This document shows positions 46,690-56,786 of a DNA stretch of 64,000 bases, piece by piece. Source of the stretch: an uncultured Actinomycetes bacterium. GTDB taxonomy: Bacteria; Actinomycetota; Thermoleophilia; Gaiellales; JAICJC01. Position 1 is the stretch's first letter, and each line of letters starts with the position of its first letter. Position numbers and translations under genes: made by a program. The notes beneath the pieces are model-generated. The model was not told the DNA's origin and ran no database searches. It saw only the letters and a list, made by a program, of their open reading frames with translations. The stretch covers positions 231,978-295,977 of the forward strand of contig CAWGSU010000006.1 of assembly GCA_963825325.1 (NCBI GenBank), given 5' to 3'.

Positions 46690-49361
46690 GGGCCGCGATC
46701 CTGATCGTGGCACGTGACAACCCGGCCGCGCTGTGGGCGCAGATCGAGGCGCTCGTGGCCTGCGACCTGGCCGAGGACGTCGAGGTCGTCGTCGTCGACG
46801 ACGCGTCGGGCCCCGAGACGCGCACGTTGCTCGCCCGGCTCGAGGGCGACGTCACCATCCATCGCAGCGATCGCCCGGTCGGGCGCCGCGCGGCACTCGC
46901 CGCGGCGGCGCAGGCGGCGTCGGCCGAGGTCTGCATCGCGCTCTCGAACATCGCCCGCCCGCTGCCCGGGTTCGTCGACCCGCTGGTCGCCGCGATCGCC
47001 GCCGGCGCCGGTCTGGCAGCGCCCGTGATCGAGACCGGCGCGGGCAACGCGCACGGGTACCGGATCGCGGAGGACGGCAGCCTGTGGCCGCTGCACTCCG
47101 GCGACGGCCCGCCCGCCGCGCTCGCGCTGGACTGCCTGGCCGCCGGCCGGCGCTTCTGGATCGAGCGCCAGCCGCTGCACACCGCCCGCGAGGGCCACTA
47201 CGAGACGCTGGTCGCCCAGGCGGCGCCCGGCCCGCTCGTCGTCGCTGCCGCGGCCCGGTCACGCCGGGCATCGGAGGGCCCGGCGGCGAGCGTGATCGTC
47301 TGCACGCGCGACCGGCCGGAGGAGGTCGGGCCGTGCGTCGAGGCCTGCATCGCCCACGGCGTGCTCGCCGACGGCGGCGAGATCGTGGTAGTCGACAACG
47401 GCAGGGAGCCGCTCGCCGCGAGCCTGCCCGATGGCGTGCGCGTCGTGCGCGAGGCCGTGGCCGGCCTCTCGCGGGCGCGCAACACCGGCGCCGCGGCCGC
47501 GCGCACCGACGTGCTCGCCTACCTCGACGACGATGCCCGCCCCGGGCCGGGCTGGATCGAGAGCCTGCGCGACGGCTTCTGCGACCCGCGGGTGGCGGTG
47601 GCGGGCGGCCCGATCCAAGGGCTGTGGCCGGCCGAGCGCCCGGCGGGCTGGCCGCCCACGGGCATGGAGTCATTCTTCAGCGTGCTCTCCCTCGGCGACG
47701 CCGATCAGGACTTCCCCGGCCGGGCCGAGGTCTACGGCGCCAACTGGGCCATCCGCCGCGCCGCGTTCGACGGCGTGGGCGGGTTCGACGCCGGCTTCGG
47801 CACCGGCGAGGGCGGCGCGCTGGGCGGCGACGAGTTCATGGCCGCCACCAACGTGCACCGGCTCGGCCTCGGCATCGGCCGCTACCTGGCCGCGGCGGCG
47901 GTCGGCCACCGCATCGAGCACCACCGCATCGACGAGAGCTACATCGTCCTGCGCGCGTTCCACAACGGCCTCGAGACGGTGGGGTACGAGCGGGCGGGGC
48001 GCGACGACCCAATTGGCATTCAGGCGAAGCGCCAATTGGGAGACACCGCCGCCCCGGCCCCAGCCCCCGAACCCGATCCCGCGCCGCTGCTCGCCGGCCT
48101 CGCCGCCGCGACCGATGTCCCGCTCGCGCTGCGCGTGCGCCAGGCGGTCGACCTGGGCGTACGCACCGCCCGCGAGGCGCCCGCGTCACGGGCTGCGCAC
48201 GGGATCGTGACGCGGCCCCCGCTCCAGATCCCCCACGCCTCCGGCCCGCAGGGCGAGCGCGCGTCGGTGCTCTTCTTCTATCCCGACATGCCCGAGCCGA
48301 GCCGCAGCGCCGGCCACACCCGCGCGGCCGAGATCGCCCACGCCCTGCGCCGGCTCGGCTACCGGACGACGCTGATGTGCGAGACGTCCGCGGGCTACGA
48401 GGCCGCCGCCGCGCGCTTCGCAGGCGACGGGATCGAGGTGGCCGCCGCCGACCGCGGCGACGACCTGGACGCGCTCCTGCGGCGCGGGTTCGACGCCGCC
48501 ATCGTGTCGTTCCACACGCTCGCGGGACGGGCCGTCCCGGCCCTGCGCGCCATCTCGCCGCGCACGCGGATCGCGGTCGACTCGGTCGACGTGCACTTCC
48601 TGCGCATGCGCCGCGCCGCCGAGCTTGCGGGCGACGAGGTGGGCCTCGCCCGCGCCGAGCGCGAGCGCGCTCAGGAGCTCGCCGTCTATGCCGCCGCCGA
48701 CGTCGTCCTGGCCGTGACCGAGGACGAGCGCGCGCTGCTCGCCGGCCTCCTCCCGGGCACCGATGTGCAGGTGCTCGGGAACGTCCACCGCCTCACCGAG
48801 GCGGTCGCGCCGCTCGCGGGCCGCCACGGCGCGCTCTTCGTCGGCAGCTACGGCCACGCCCCGAACGCCGACGCGGTGCGCTGGCTGTGCGCCGAGGTCA
48901 TGCCGCTCCTGCAGGCCGCGGAGTATCCCGGCCCCGTCGTCGTCGCCGGCGCGGGCATGCCCGACGCCCTGGCGCGGCTCGCGGCCGCGGCAGGCGCCGA
49001 CCCGCGCGGCTTCCTGCCGTCGATGCACGACGAGCTCGCCGCGCGCCGGCTCTCGATCGCCCCGCTGCGCTTCGGCGCGGGGCTGAAGGGCAAGGTCGGA
49101 GAGTCGCTCGCCGCCGGCGTTCCGGTCGTCGCGACGACGATCGCCGCGGAGGGCTTCGACCGCCCGGAGCGCGGCATGCTGATCGCAGACTCCGCCGCGG
49201 GCTTCGCCGAGGCGATCGTCCGCCTCGAGCGCGACGACGCGCTCTGGGCGCGCCTGTCGCAGGGCGGCCGCGAGCTGGTCTCGGCGACGCTCGGCACGGC
49301 CGCGTGCGAGACCTCGCTCGAGCGCATCCTGGCGAGCCTCGTCGCGCGCAGGGCGGCGTGA
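46686..49361 (+). CDS. multidomain glycosyltransferase (degenerate GT2 + GT2 + GT4)
   Basis: VVDDAS; VIVCTRDR, GLSRARN, YLDDD; DSVDVHFLR, FVGSYGH.PN.DA, APLRFGAGLKGKV. Confidence 0.9.
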   Translation: MRAAILIVARDNPAALWAQIEALVACDLAEDVEVVVVDDASGPETRTLLARLEGDVTIHRSDRPVGRRAALAAAAQAASAEVCIALSNIARPLPGFVDPLVAAIAAGAGLAAPVIETGAGNAHGYRIAEDGSLWPLHSGDGPPAALALDCLAAGRRFWIERQPLHTAREGHYETLVAQAAPGPLVVAAAARSRRASEGPAASVIVCTRDRPEEVGPCVEACIAHGVLADGGEIVVVDNGREPLAASLPDGVRVVREAVAGLSRARNTGAAAARTDVLAYLDDDARPGPGWIESLRDGFCDPRVAVAGGPIQGLWPAERPAGWPPTGMESFFSVLSLGDADQDFPGRAEVYGANWAIRRAAFDGVGGFDAGFGTGEGGALGGDEFMAATNVHRLGLGIGRYLAAAAVGHRIEHHRIDESYIVLRAFHNGLETVGYERAGRDDPIGIQAKRQLGDTAAPAPAPEPDPAPLLAGLAAATDVPLALRVRQAVDLGVRTAREAPASRAAHGIVTRPPLQIPHASGPQGERASVLFFYPDMPEPSRSAGHTRAAEIAHALRRLGYRTTLMCETSAGYEAAAARFAGDGIEVAAADRGDDLDALLRRGFDAAIVSFHTLAGRAVPALRAISPRTRIAVDSVDVHFLRMRRAAELAGDEVGLARAERERAQELAVYAAADVVLAVTEDERALLAGLLPGTDVQVLGNVHRLTEAVAPLAGRHGALFVGSYGHAPNADAVRWLCAEVMPLLQAAEYPGPVVVAGAGMPDALARLAAAAGADPRGFLPSMHDELAARRLSIAPLRFGAGLKGKVGESLAAGVPVVATTIAAEGFDRPERGMLIADSAAGFAEAIVRLERDDALWARLSQGGRELVSATLGTAACETSLERILASLVARRAA
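48008..48040. repeat. REP-like palindrome, copy 2, inside the glycosyltransferase CDS
   Basis: CCCAATTGGC/GCCAATTGGG perfect 10-bp arms; shares CCCAATTGGCAT and the 33-nt span with 5295-5327. Confidence 0.65.
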
Positions 49362-52300
49362 GCGCGCCCCGCGTCACGCTTGGGATCGCCGCCTACAACG
49401 GCGAGCGGTTCCTGGCCGAGGCGATCGAGAGCTGCCTGGCCCAGGACCATCCCGACTTCGAGCTCCTGATCGTCGACGACGCCTCGACCGACTCGACGCC
49501 CGACGTGATCGCCCGCTACGCCTCCGACCCGCGCGTGCGCGTCGTCACTCACACCCGGAACCGCGGCATCGCCGCCGCCTACAACTCGATCGTCGAGCAC
49601 GCGCGCGGCGAGCTGATCGCGCGGCTCGGCCACGACGACATCGCCCTGCCCGACCGGCTCAGCCGCCAGGTCGCGATCTTCGACGCGCATCCGGACACGG
49701 GGGTCGTGCACGGCGACGCCGTCACGATCGACGCCACCGGGCGCGTGGTCGGCGAGTGGCGCTCTGGCGAGCTTGACCAGGCTGCGCTCGTGCAGTCGCT
49801 CGTGCGCAGGCACAACTACCTGGTCGACCCGACGACGATGATCCACCGGCGCGTGTACGAGCAGGTCGGCGGATACGACGCCGCCTACCCGATGTGCAAC
49901 GACTTCGACCTGTGGCTGCGGGCCGCCCCGCGGTTCCGCTTCCGGCACTGCGGGGGCGGCCCCCTCATCCGCTACCGCCGCCACGGCGCGAACTTCTCCG
50001 ACGAGTCGGCGCGCGCCCGCGAGATCGACGAGGTCTCGCGCGCGCTCGAGGCCGCGATCGAGCGCGAGGACTGGGCCGCGCTGGCGCCCGAAGCGGTCTC
50101 GCGTGAAGGCGCGCTCGTGCTGCTCGCCGATGCGCTCGAGCGGCGCGCGCTGCCCCTGCCCGACCTGGCGGCGCGCCTGCGCGAGCGCGGGCTGCACGGC
50201 CGCCGCCGGATCGTGATGACCTCGTTCGGCTACAACGACTCCGGCGGAGGCACGATCGTGCCGCGGCAGGTGTCCCAGGAGCTCGCCCGGCGCGGCTACG
50301 ACGTGACCGTCTTCCACGCCGCCCTCGGCCGGGTCGAGCCGGCCGAGCCGTATCAGGTGCGGGAGTGGTGGCAGGACGGCGTGCGTCTCGTGGGGGTGTT
50401 CAACCGCCCCCACGGTCTGCTCGACCTGGGCAATCCCGATCGCGAGGTCGACGACCCGCCGATCACACGCGCGTTCGCAGAGCTGCTCGATCGCGTGCAG
50501 CCCGACGCCGTCCACTTCAACAACCTGCACAACCTGGGCGCCGCGCTGATCGACGAGGCGGCGGTGCGTGGGATCCGCTCGCTGTTCACGACGCACAACT
50601 ACTGGCTCGCCTGCCCGCGCGGCTACCTGTTCACCGACCGTCTCGAGCTGTGCCACGGCCCCGGCGACCGCGGCGGCGACTGCGCGGCCTGCGTCGGCAG
50701 CCTCGATGCGGACGGCTACCGCCGCCGCCTGAGCGAGATCCGCGGCCGCTTCACTCGCGGTGTGGACGTCTGCCTGGCGGTGTCGGAGGCGATGCGGGCG
50801 ACGCTCGCCGGTGCCGGATACCCCGCCGACATGATCGACGTCGTCCCCCAGGCGATGCCCGAGGACGACGCGATCTGGGAGTCGCTCGGCCGCGACCGTG
50901 AGCCCGGCCGGATCGGCCCCGAGCTCGTCGTCGGGTTCTTCGGCTCCGCCCTGCCCCAGAAGGGGCCGAGCCTGCTGGTCGACGCCGCCCAGCGCACTCA
51001 GGCGCGCATCCGCGTCCGCATCCACGGCGAGGTGCCCGAGGCGTTCGCCGCAGAGCTCTGCGCCCGCGACGCGCGCGGCGTGGTCGAGATCTGCGGCGGT
51101 TTCGGCCACGACGACCTGCCCACGCTGCTGGCCGGGGTGGACGTCGCCGTCATCCCGTCCGTCTGGTGGGACTGCGCGCCGTTGATGGTGTCCGAGTGCC
51201 TGGCCGGCCGCGTCCCCGTGCTGGCCGCGCGCATGGGCGGCATCCCCGACTTCGTCTCCGACGGCGAGAACGGCCTGCTCTTCGACGGCCGCGACGGCGC
51301 CGACCTGGCGCGCAAGCTCGACCGAATGGCGAGCGAGCCCGGCCTGCTGGAGCGCCTCCAGGCGGGGATCTCGGCCCCGCGCCGCTTCGCCGACCACGTC
51401 GACGAGCTCGAGGCTTACTACCGCGGCGAGCGGCCGCGGCGCACGCATGCGGGCACCGCACCGGTGAGCGTGCGCTGGCGCGGCGACCACGCCTCGACGC
51501 AGAGCCTGGCCGGCGTGAATCGCGGGGTGTGCGACCGCTTGGAGGGGATGGACGGGATCGCGGTCGAGCGCCTCTCGCGCGCCGGTGCAGGCGGCGGCCC
51601 CGCCCTGCCGCTGCCGGCCCAGGTCGAGGTGCGCCACCAGTTCCCGCCCGACCTGCGCCCGCCGACGTCCGGCCGCCTGGCCGTGATCCAGCCGTGGGAG
51701 TTCGGGGCCGCGCCGGTGGAGTGGGTCGAGGGCATCAACCGCAACGTGGACGAGCTGTGGGTGCCCAGCGAGCACGTGCGGACGACCTATGTGGACTCGG
51801 GTGTCGATCCTGCCCGCGTGGAGGTGATCCCGAACGGGGTCGACCTCGAGCTGTTCTCGCCGGACGGGCCGCGCATGCAGCTCGAAGACGCCCCCGGCGT
51901 GCGCCTGCTCTTCGTGGGCGGACTGATCGACCGCAAGGGGCCGGACATCCTGCTCTCGGCGTTCCTGGATGCCTTCCAGGGCCGCGACGACGTCACGCTG
52001 GTCGTCAAGGACTTCGGCGCCGACAGCATCTATCCGATGTCCGACCGCAGGCGCCTGCGCGACTACGCCGACTCCGGCCAGCATCCGCGCATCGTCTACC
52101 TGCACCGCGACATGACGGCCGACGAGGTCGCGTCGCTCTACCGGGCCTGCGATGTGCTCGTGCATCCATACCGCGGCGAGGGCTTCGGCATGCCGGTGCT
52201 CGAGGCGATGGCGTCCGGGCTGCCCGTGGTCGTCACCGCCGGCGGCCCGACGGACGAGTTCTGCCCCGACGACGCCTGCTGGCGCGTGCGCGCCGAGCGG

Positions 52301-52978
52301 CGGAACTATCCCGAGGATCGCGCCGGCAGGTGGGTCACCGCCGGCCGGCCGTGGATGCTGGAGCCCGACACCGCGCACCTGCGCGAACTGCTGGTCGAGG
52401 CGGTCGCCGACGCCGGCGCCCGCGCGGCGCGCGGCCATGCCGGGCGCGCGGCTGCCGCGACGCTGTCGTGGGATGCCGTCGCCGAGCGGTACCGCGAGCG
52501 GATCGCCGCGCTCGCAGCCCTGCCGCCACGACATGCCGCGCCGGAGGCCGATCCGCTCGCGCTGGAGGATGCGCGGATCCGGCTGCTGGCGACACCCGCC
52601 TGGCGGGGCGATGACCGCCTGGGCGACCTGCTGGCCGCCTGGGTCGGAGGGGTCGAGCCCGGGAACGGCGCATGCCTCTTCCTGCTCGCCGATCCGCGCA
52701 CCGCGCCGGGCGAGGACGCCTGCACCGAGCGCGTGCTCGCGGCCGCGGCGGCCGCCGGCGTGAGCCTCGATCGCGCCGCCGACATCCTCATCCTCACGCA
52801 CGCGCTCGCGGGCGGCGACGCGGCCCGCCTGCACGCGGCCGTCGACGGGTACGTGCCGCTGCACGCCGCCTGCTCCGGCCACGAGCGCCTGGCCGGCCTG
52901 GCCGGCCGGCCCGTGCTACCGCCCGACGCCTCCGCCCTCGCCGCGTGGTCGGCGCAGAGCGGGCGCCTGGCGGCCTAG
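49358..52978 (+). CDS. large multidomain glycosyltransferase (GT2 + GT4 + GT4), 1206 aa
   Basis: IAAYNGERF, VDDASTDST; HNYWLACPR, KG, PSVWWD; RKGPD, PYRGEGFGMPVLEAMA. Confidence 0.92.
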   Translation: MSAPRVTLGIAAYNGERFLAEAIESCLAQDHPDFELLIVDDASTDSTPDVIARYASDPRVRVVTHTRNRGIAAAYNSIVEHARGELIARLGHDDIALPDRLSRQVAIFDAHPDTGVVHGDAVTIDATGRVVGEWRSGELDQAALVQSLVRRHNYLVDPTTMIHRRVYEQVGGYDAAYPMCNDFDLWLRAAPRFRFRHCGGGPLIRYRRHGANFSDESARAREIDEVSRALEAAIEREDWAALAPEAVSREGALVLLADALERRALPLPDLAARLRERGLHGRRRIVMTSFGYNDSGGGTIVPRQVSQELARRGYDVTVFHAALGRVEPAEPYQVREWWQDGVRLVGVFNRPHGLLDLGNPDREVDDPPITRAFAELLDRVQPDAVHFNNLHNLGAALIDEAAVRGIRSLFTTHNYWLACPRGYLFTDRLELCHGPGDRGGDCAACVGSLDADGYRRRLSEIRGRFTRGVDVCLAVSEAMRATLAGAGYPADMIDVVPQAMPEDDAIWESLGRDREPGRIGPELVVGFFGSALPQKGPSLLVDAAQRTQARIRVRIHGEVPEAFAAELCARDARGVVEICGGFGHDDLPTLLAGVDVAVIPSVWWDCAPLMVSECLAGRVPVLAARMGGIPDFVSDGENGLLFDGRDGADLARKLDRMASEPGLLERLQAGISAPRRFADHVDELEAYYRGERPRRTHAGTAPVSVRWRGDHASTQSLAGVNRGVCDRLEGMDGIAVERLSRAGAGGGPALPLPAQVEVRHQFPPDLRPPTSGRLAVIQPWEFGAAPVEWVEGINRNVDELWVPSEHVRTTYVDSGVDPARVEVIPNGVDLELFSPDGPRMQLEDAPGVRLLFVGGLIDRKGPDILLSAFLDAFQGRDDVTLVVKDFGADSIYPMSDRRRLRDYADSGQHPRIVYLHRDMTADEVASLYRACDVLVHPYRGEGFGMPVLEAMASGLPVVVTAGGPTDEFCPDDACWRVRAERRNYPEDRAGRWVTAGRPWMLEPDTAHLRELLVEAVADAGARAARGHAGRAAAATLSWDAVAERYRERIAALAALPPRHAAPEADPLALEDARIRLLATPAWRGDDRLGDLLAAWVGGVEPGNGACLFLLADPRTAPGEDACTERVLAAAAAAGVSLDRAADILILTHALAGGDAARLHAAVDGYVPLHAACSGHERLAGLAGRPVLPPDASALAAWSAQSGRLAA

Positions 52979-52980
52979 AT

Positions 52981-53229
52981 CTAGCCGCGCGTACGCGACC
53001 GGCCGGTGACCGCCAGGCTGGCCGCACCCACCACCATCACGATGGCCGCCGCCCACTCGATGCGGGCACGCAGCGGATGGATCCGGTGGGTCTGGCCGAC
53101 GAGGCACACGCCGGTGTCGGGGCATGCCGTCGGCGCGGTCTGGTTCCAGGTGTAGGCACCGAGCAGCGCGAGCGCGACGGCCGCAACGGCGGCAAGGAGC
53201 ACCGCGCGGTTGCGGAGCCGTTCTCGCAT
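52981..53229 (-). CDS. small 2-TM membrane protein
   Basis: Two hydrophobic helices flanking a CPDTGVC loop. Confidence 0.6.
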   Translation of the reverse strand: MRERLRNRAVLLAAVAAVALALLGAYTWNQTAPTACPDTGVCLVGQTHRIHPLRARIEWAAAIVMVVGAASLAVTGRSRTRG

Positions 53230-53258
53230 GGCGGGAAGCGTACCGGCCGGGCCGGGGG

Positions 53259-53600
53259 TCAGCGGGGGGCGCGGGCGCGGCTGCGCTCGTGCAGCATGCC
53301 GAGCATGCCGAGGAACACGAGGGCACCGGCCAGGAGCCCTGCTTCGACGGTGAGCGCCGCCCGCTCCGAGGCGACGCCGATCAGCCAGTAGTACAGGGTG
53401 CAGGTCGCACCGGCCACGAAGACGGCCGCGCTGCCCATGACCGCCATCGTCCGCGCGAGCGCGAACGCGGCCTCACCGGGGAGCATGATCGACGCCGACA
53501 TCTGCACGCCCAGCAGGGCCGCGATCAGGCAGCCCATGCCGGCCAGCACGGCCGTTGCCCCGGCCCACTGGGCCAGATCCTGCAGCAGGTAGACCCCCAT
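53259..53600 (-). CDS. small multi-TM membrane protein
   Basis: MGVYLLQDL...; three TMs; TAGAGT -10 just upstream. Confidence 0.6.
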   Translation of the reverse strand: MGVYLLQDLAQWAGATAVLAGMGCLIAALLGVQMSASIMLPGEAAFALARTMAVMGSAAVFVAGATCTLYYWLIGVASERAALTVEAGLLAGALVFLGMLGMLHERSRARAPR

Positions 53601-53692
53601 GCGCGCCACTCTACCCCCGCCCGGCGGTGCTGTCGCCCAGCCGGGCGAAACCCCCCTCGCCCCACGCCTGCAACCCCCCCGAACGGGTGGGG

Positions 53693-53926
53693 TCAGGGGG
53701 TGGAGCCGCGGGCGGCGCGGTAGCCGGCCGAGTATCCCCGCGTGTAGGCCTGGGCCTGGAGGCTCGTCACCTTCGCGGGCGTGTACTGCGAACCGGTGTG
53801 GTTGCCGAGCGTCCATGCGCCCACGCCGACCGCCGTCGCGATGCCCGCCGACAGGCTGCACCACAGGATGACGCCCGCAACCGATAGGCGCGCGATCGAC
53901 TCCGAGATGTGCAGTGACCCGTACAT
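53693..53926 (-). CDS. small hypothetical membrane protein
   Basis: One TM followed by AYTRGYSAGYRAA; SD-like AAGGTG. Confidence 0.5.
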   Translation of the reverse strand: MYGSLHISESIARLSVAGVILWCSLSAGIATAVGVGAWTLGNHTGSQYTPAKVTSLQAQAYTRGYSAGYRAARGSTP

Positions 53927-53983
53927 GCCCGGAAACACCTTGGGCGTGCGACGGCCGAATCCTGCAAAATCCGCCCGCGCCGA

Positions 53984-55411
53984 TCAGGCGGCGAGCGCGG
54001 TGACGGCCGCGTCGATACGGCGCAGCGACTCGTCGCGGCCGACGAGCTCGAGGCTCTCGTAGAGACCGGGCGACACGGTGCTCCCGGTCAGCGCCACCCG
54101 CACGGGCATGAAGAGCACGCGCGGCTTGACCCCCTCGCGCTCGCAGGCGCCGTGCAGCGCGGCCTCGAGCGCATCGGCCCGCCATTCTGCGACCTCCGCG
54201 AGCGCGGTGCGGGCGGCCGCAAGCGACGCCGGCGCCCGCTCGTCGCGGCGCACCCGCTCCCATGATGCGGCGTCCAGCTCGGGCGGCCCGAACAGGAACC
54301 CGGCCAGGCGCTCGAACTGCGCGAGCACGCGCATCTTCTCCTGCACGAGCGGCGCCGCCTGGGCGACGCGCCCTGGCTCGGCGGCGAGTGCCGACCCCGA
54401 CGACTCGAGGTAGGCCTGCAGCGCTGCGGCGAACTCGCCCGGCGCGAGCGCGCGCAGATGCTCACCGTTCAGCCACTCGAGCTTCTCCGGGTCGAACACC
54501 CCCGGGCTGCGGTTCACCCGCTCGAGCGTGAAGCGCTCGATCAGCTCGGCACGGGTCATGAAGGTCGTATGGTCGTCGTAGCTCCACCCGACGAGCGCGA
54601 GGTAGTTCACGAGCGCGTCGGCGATCACGCCGACGTCGACGAACTCCTCGACCGAGATCGCGCCGTGGCGCTTGGAGAGCTTGCGTTTATCGGGCCCAAG
54701 CACCATCGGCAGGTGGGCGAACGTCGGCTCCGGCGCCCCCAGCGCGCGGTAGAGGGCGAGCTGGCGGGGCGTCGAGGGCAGCAGATCCTCGCCGCGGATC
54801 ACGTGGGTGACGCCCATCTGGATGTCGTCGAACGGGTTGGCGAACTGGTAGGTCGGCGAGCCGTCGGAGCGCAGGATGACGTGGTCGCCCTGCAGCGCGT
54901 TCTCCCACTCGACCGTCCCGTGGACGACGTCCTCGATCACCGTCGTCCCCGTCTCGGGCAACGCGAGGCGCACGACCGACGGCAGCCCCTGGGCGGCGAG
55001 CGCCTCGCGCTCGGACGCCGGACGGGTGCGGCAGCGCCCGCCGTAGACGAGCGGCCGGCCCTCGGCCTGGCGCTGCGCCCGGTCGGCCTTCAGCTCCTCC
55101 TCGGTGCAGAAGCAGCGGTAGGCGGCGCCCTGGGCGATCAGCTCCTCGGCCGCGGCCCGGTAGAGGTGGTAGCGCTGCGTCTGCCGGTAGGGACCGTCGT
55201 CCCAGTCGATCCCGAGCCAGCGCAGCACCGATTCGGCGTGTGCCACGGCCGCCTCGGTCGAACGCACGACATCGGTGTCCTCGAAGCGCAGCACGACCCG
55301 GCCGCCGTTCCGGCGGGCGAAGAGCCAGTTGAAGAGCATCGTCCGCACCGTGCCGACGTGGAAGAGCCCGGTGGGGCTCGGCGGCATGCGGACGCAGACG
55401 GGGCGGGACAC
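53984..55411 (-). CDS. gltX: glutamate--tRNA ligase
   Basis: PSPTG..HVG, RFEDTD, CFC, THVIRGED, KLSKR, anticodon-binding domain. Confidence 0.96.
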   Translation of the reverse strand: MSRPVCVRMPPSPTGLFHVGTVRTMLFNWLFARRNGGRVVLRFEDTDVVRSTEAAVAHAESVLRWLGIDWDDGPYRQTQRYHLYRAAAEELIAQGAAYRCFCTEEELKADRAQRQAEGRPLVYGGRCRTRPASEREALAAQGLPSVVRLALPETGTTVIEDVVHGTVEWENALQGDHVILRSDGSPTYQFANPFDDIQMGVTHVIRGEDLLPSTPRQLALYRALGAPEPTFAHLPMVLGPDKRKLSKRHGAISVEEFVDVGVIADALVNYLALVGWSYDDHTTFMTRAELIERFTLERVNRSPGVFDPEKLEWLNGEHLRALAPGEFAAALQAYLESSGSALAAEPGRVAQAAPLVQEKMRVLAQFERLAGFLFGPPELDAASWERVRRDERAPASLAAARTALAEVAEWRADALEAALHGACEREGVKPRVLFMPVRVALTGSTVSPGLYESLELVGRDESLRRIDAAVTALAA

Positions 55412-55456
55412 GGCGGGTCAGTCTAGTTCGGCAGCAGGGCCGGGTACGATCGGCAG

Positions 55457-56341
55457 ATGCACTACGGAGCCCATCTGGGCGTGGCGGGCGGCGCGCACAA
55501 AGCGCTCGAGCGGGCGCGCGCGATCGGCGCGACGTCGCTGCAGATCTTCACCCAGAGCCCGCGCATGTGGCGCCATCCCGCCGTTGATCCCGAGGCGGCG
55601 GCGCGCTTCCGGGCGGCGCGCAAGCCCGCCCGCGTCAAGGTGGTCGTCTGTCACGCGACCTACCTGATCAACCTGGGCGCATCCGATCCCGAGGTGTACG
55701 GCAAGTCGGTGCAGGCGCTGCACGACACGATGGCCGCCGCCGAGGCGATCGCGGCCGACGGCGTCGTCTTCCATATCGGCAGCCACCTCGGCCGTGGCCT
55801 GGACGCCGTCCTGCCGCAGGTGACCGAGGCGATGGCGGGCGTGCTGGCGGCGGCCGACCCCGCATCGGCCACGCAGCTTGTGATCGAGAACTCCGCCGGC
55901 GCCGGCGGCACCCTGGGGGTCGGGCTCGACGAGATCGACGCCGTGTTCGCGGCGCTCGGACGGCCCGCGCGGCTCGGCGTGTGCCTCGACACCTGCCACC
56001 TGTGGGCATCGGGCGTCGACGTCACCGATCCGGGGCGCGTGGACGCGCTCATGGCCGAGGTCGACGAGCGCTTCGGCCTCGAGCGGCTCACCTGCCTGCA
56101 CGTGAACGACGCCGCCGTCGCCCTCGGCTCCAACCGCGACCGCCACGCCGAGGTCGGCAAGGGCGTGATCGGGAAGGGCCTCGCGACGTTCCTCGGCCAT
56201 CCAGCCGTGCACGACCTCGCAGCGATCATGGAGACCCCCGGCGACGACGAGGAGGTGCCGTACGCGCGCGGGATGAGGACGCTGCGGCGGCTCCACCGCG
56301 CCGGCGTGCGTGCGCGGGCGACCGAGCAGGCCGGTGCTTGA
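55457..56341 (+). CDS. nfo: endonuclease IV (AP endonuclease)
   Basis: HATYLINL, ENSAG, DTCH, HVND, DRH, METP. Confidence 0.95.
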   Translation: MHYGAHLGVAGGAHKALERARAIGATSLQIFTQSPRMWRHPAVDPEAAARFRAARKPARVKVVVCHATYLINLGASDPEVYGKSVQALHDTMAAAEAIAADGVVFHIGSHLGRGLDAVLPQVTEAMAGVLAAADPASATQLVIENSAGAGGTLGVGLDEIDAVFAALGRPARLGVCLDTCHLWASGVDVTDPGRVDALMAEVDERFGLERLTCLHVNDAAVALGSNRDRHAEVGKGVIGKGLATFLGHPAVHDLAAIMETPGDDEEVPYARGMRTLRRLHRAGVRARATEQAGA

Positions 56342-56786
56342 CATCGGCGCGTCGCGTCCGCTGCCCCCCGCCGAGCTCGAGTTCCGGGCGACGCGCAGCG
56401 GCGGGCCCGGCGGCCAGCACGTCAACACGTCCTCGACGCGGATCGAGCTGATCTTCGACCTCGCGGGCAGCCCCACGCTGACCGACCCCGAGCGCGACCG
56501 CGCCCGTCGCCGCCTGCGCTCGCGGCTCGACGCCGAGGGGCGCCTGCGCATCGTCGCCCAGGACGAGCGCAGCCAGTACCGCAACCGCCGCCTCGCGACC
56601 GAGCGGTTCTGCGAGGTCATGCGCGCGGCGCTCGCGCCGCCCCCTCCCCCACGCCGGCCCAGCCGGCCGACGCGCGCGGCCACCGAGGATCGGCTCGAGA
56701 GCAAGCGCCGCAACACGGTGCGCAAGCGCATGCGCCGGCCGCCGGCCGGTCCCGACGATCACGTGGAGGTCATCCGTGCGGCTTGA
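56334..56786 (+). CDS. arfB: alternative ribosome-rescue peptidyl-tRNA hydrolase
   Basis: RSGGPGGQHVN, RSQYRN, basic C-terminal tail. Confidence 0.93.
   Translation: MLDIGASRPLPPAELEFRATRSGGPGGQHVNTSSTRIELIFDLAGSPTLTDPERDRARRRLRSRLDAEGRLRIVAQDERSQYRNRRLATERFCEVMRAALAPPPPPRRPSRPTRAATEDRLESKRRNTVRKRMRRPPAGPDDHVEVIRAA

Noticed and set aside
46733-49357. 2081-aa ORF suggesting a giant protein
   Set aside because: The first ~875 codons are an Arg/Gly-rich shadow frame over the upstream GT; the real gene starts at GTG 49358.
53954-53967. GCCGAATCCTGCAA resembling the 5' end of an actinobacterial c-di-AMP riboswitch
   Set aside because: It runs straight into the antisense 3' end of gltX and the rest of the motif is absent.
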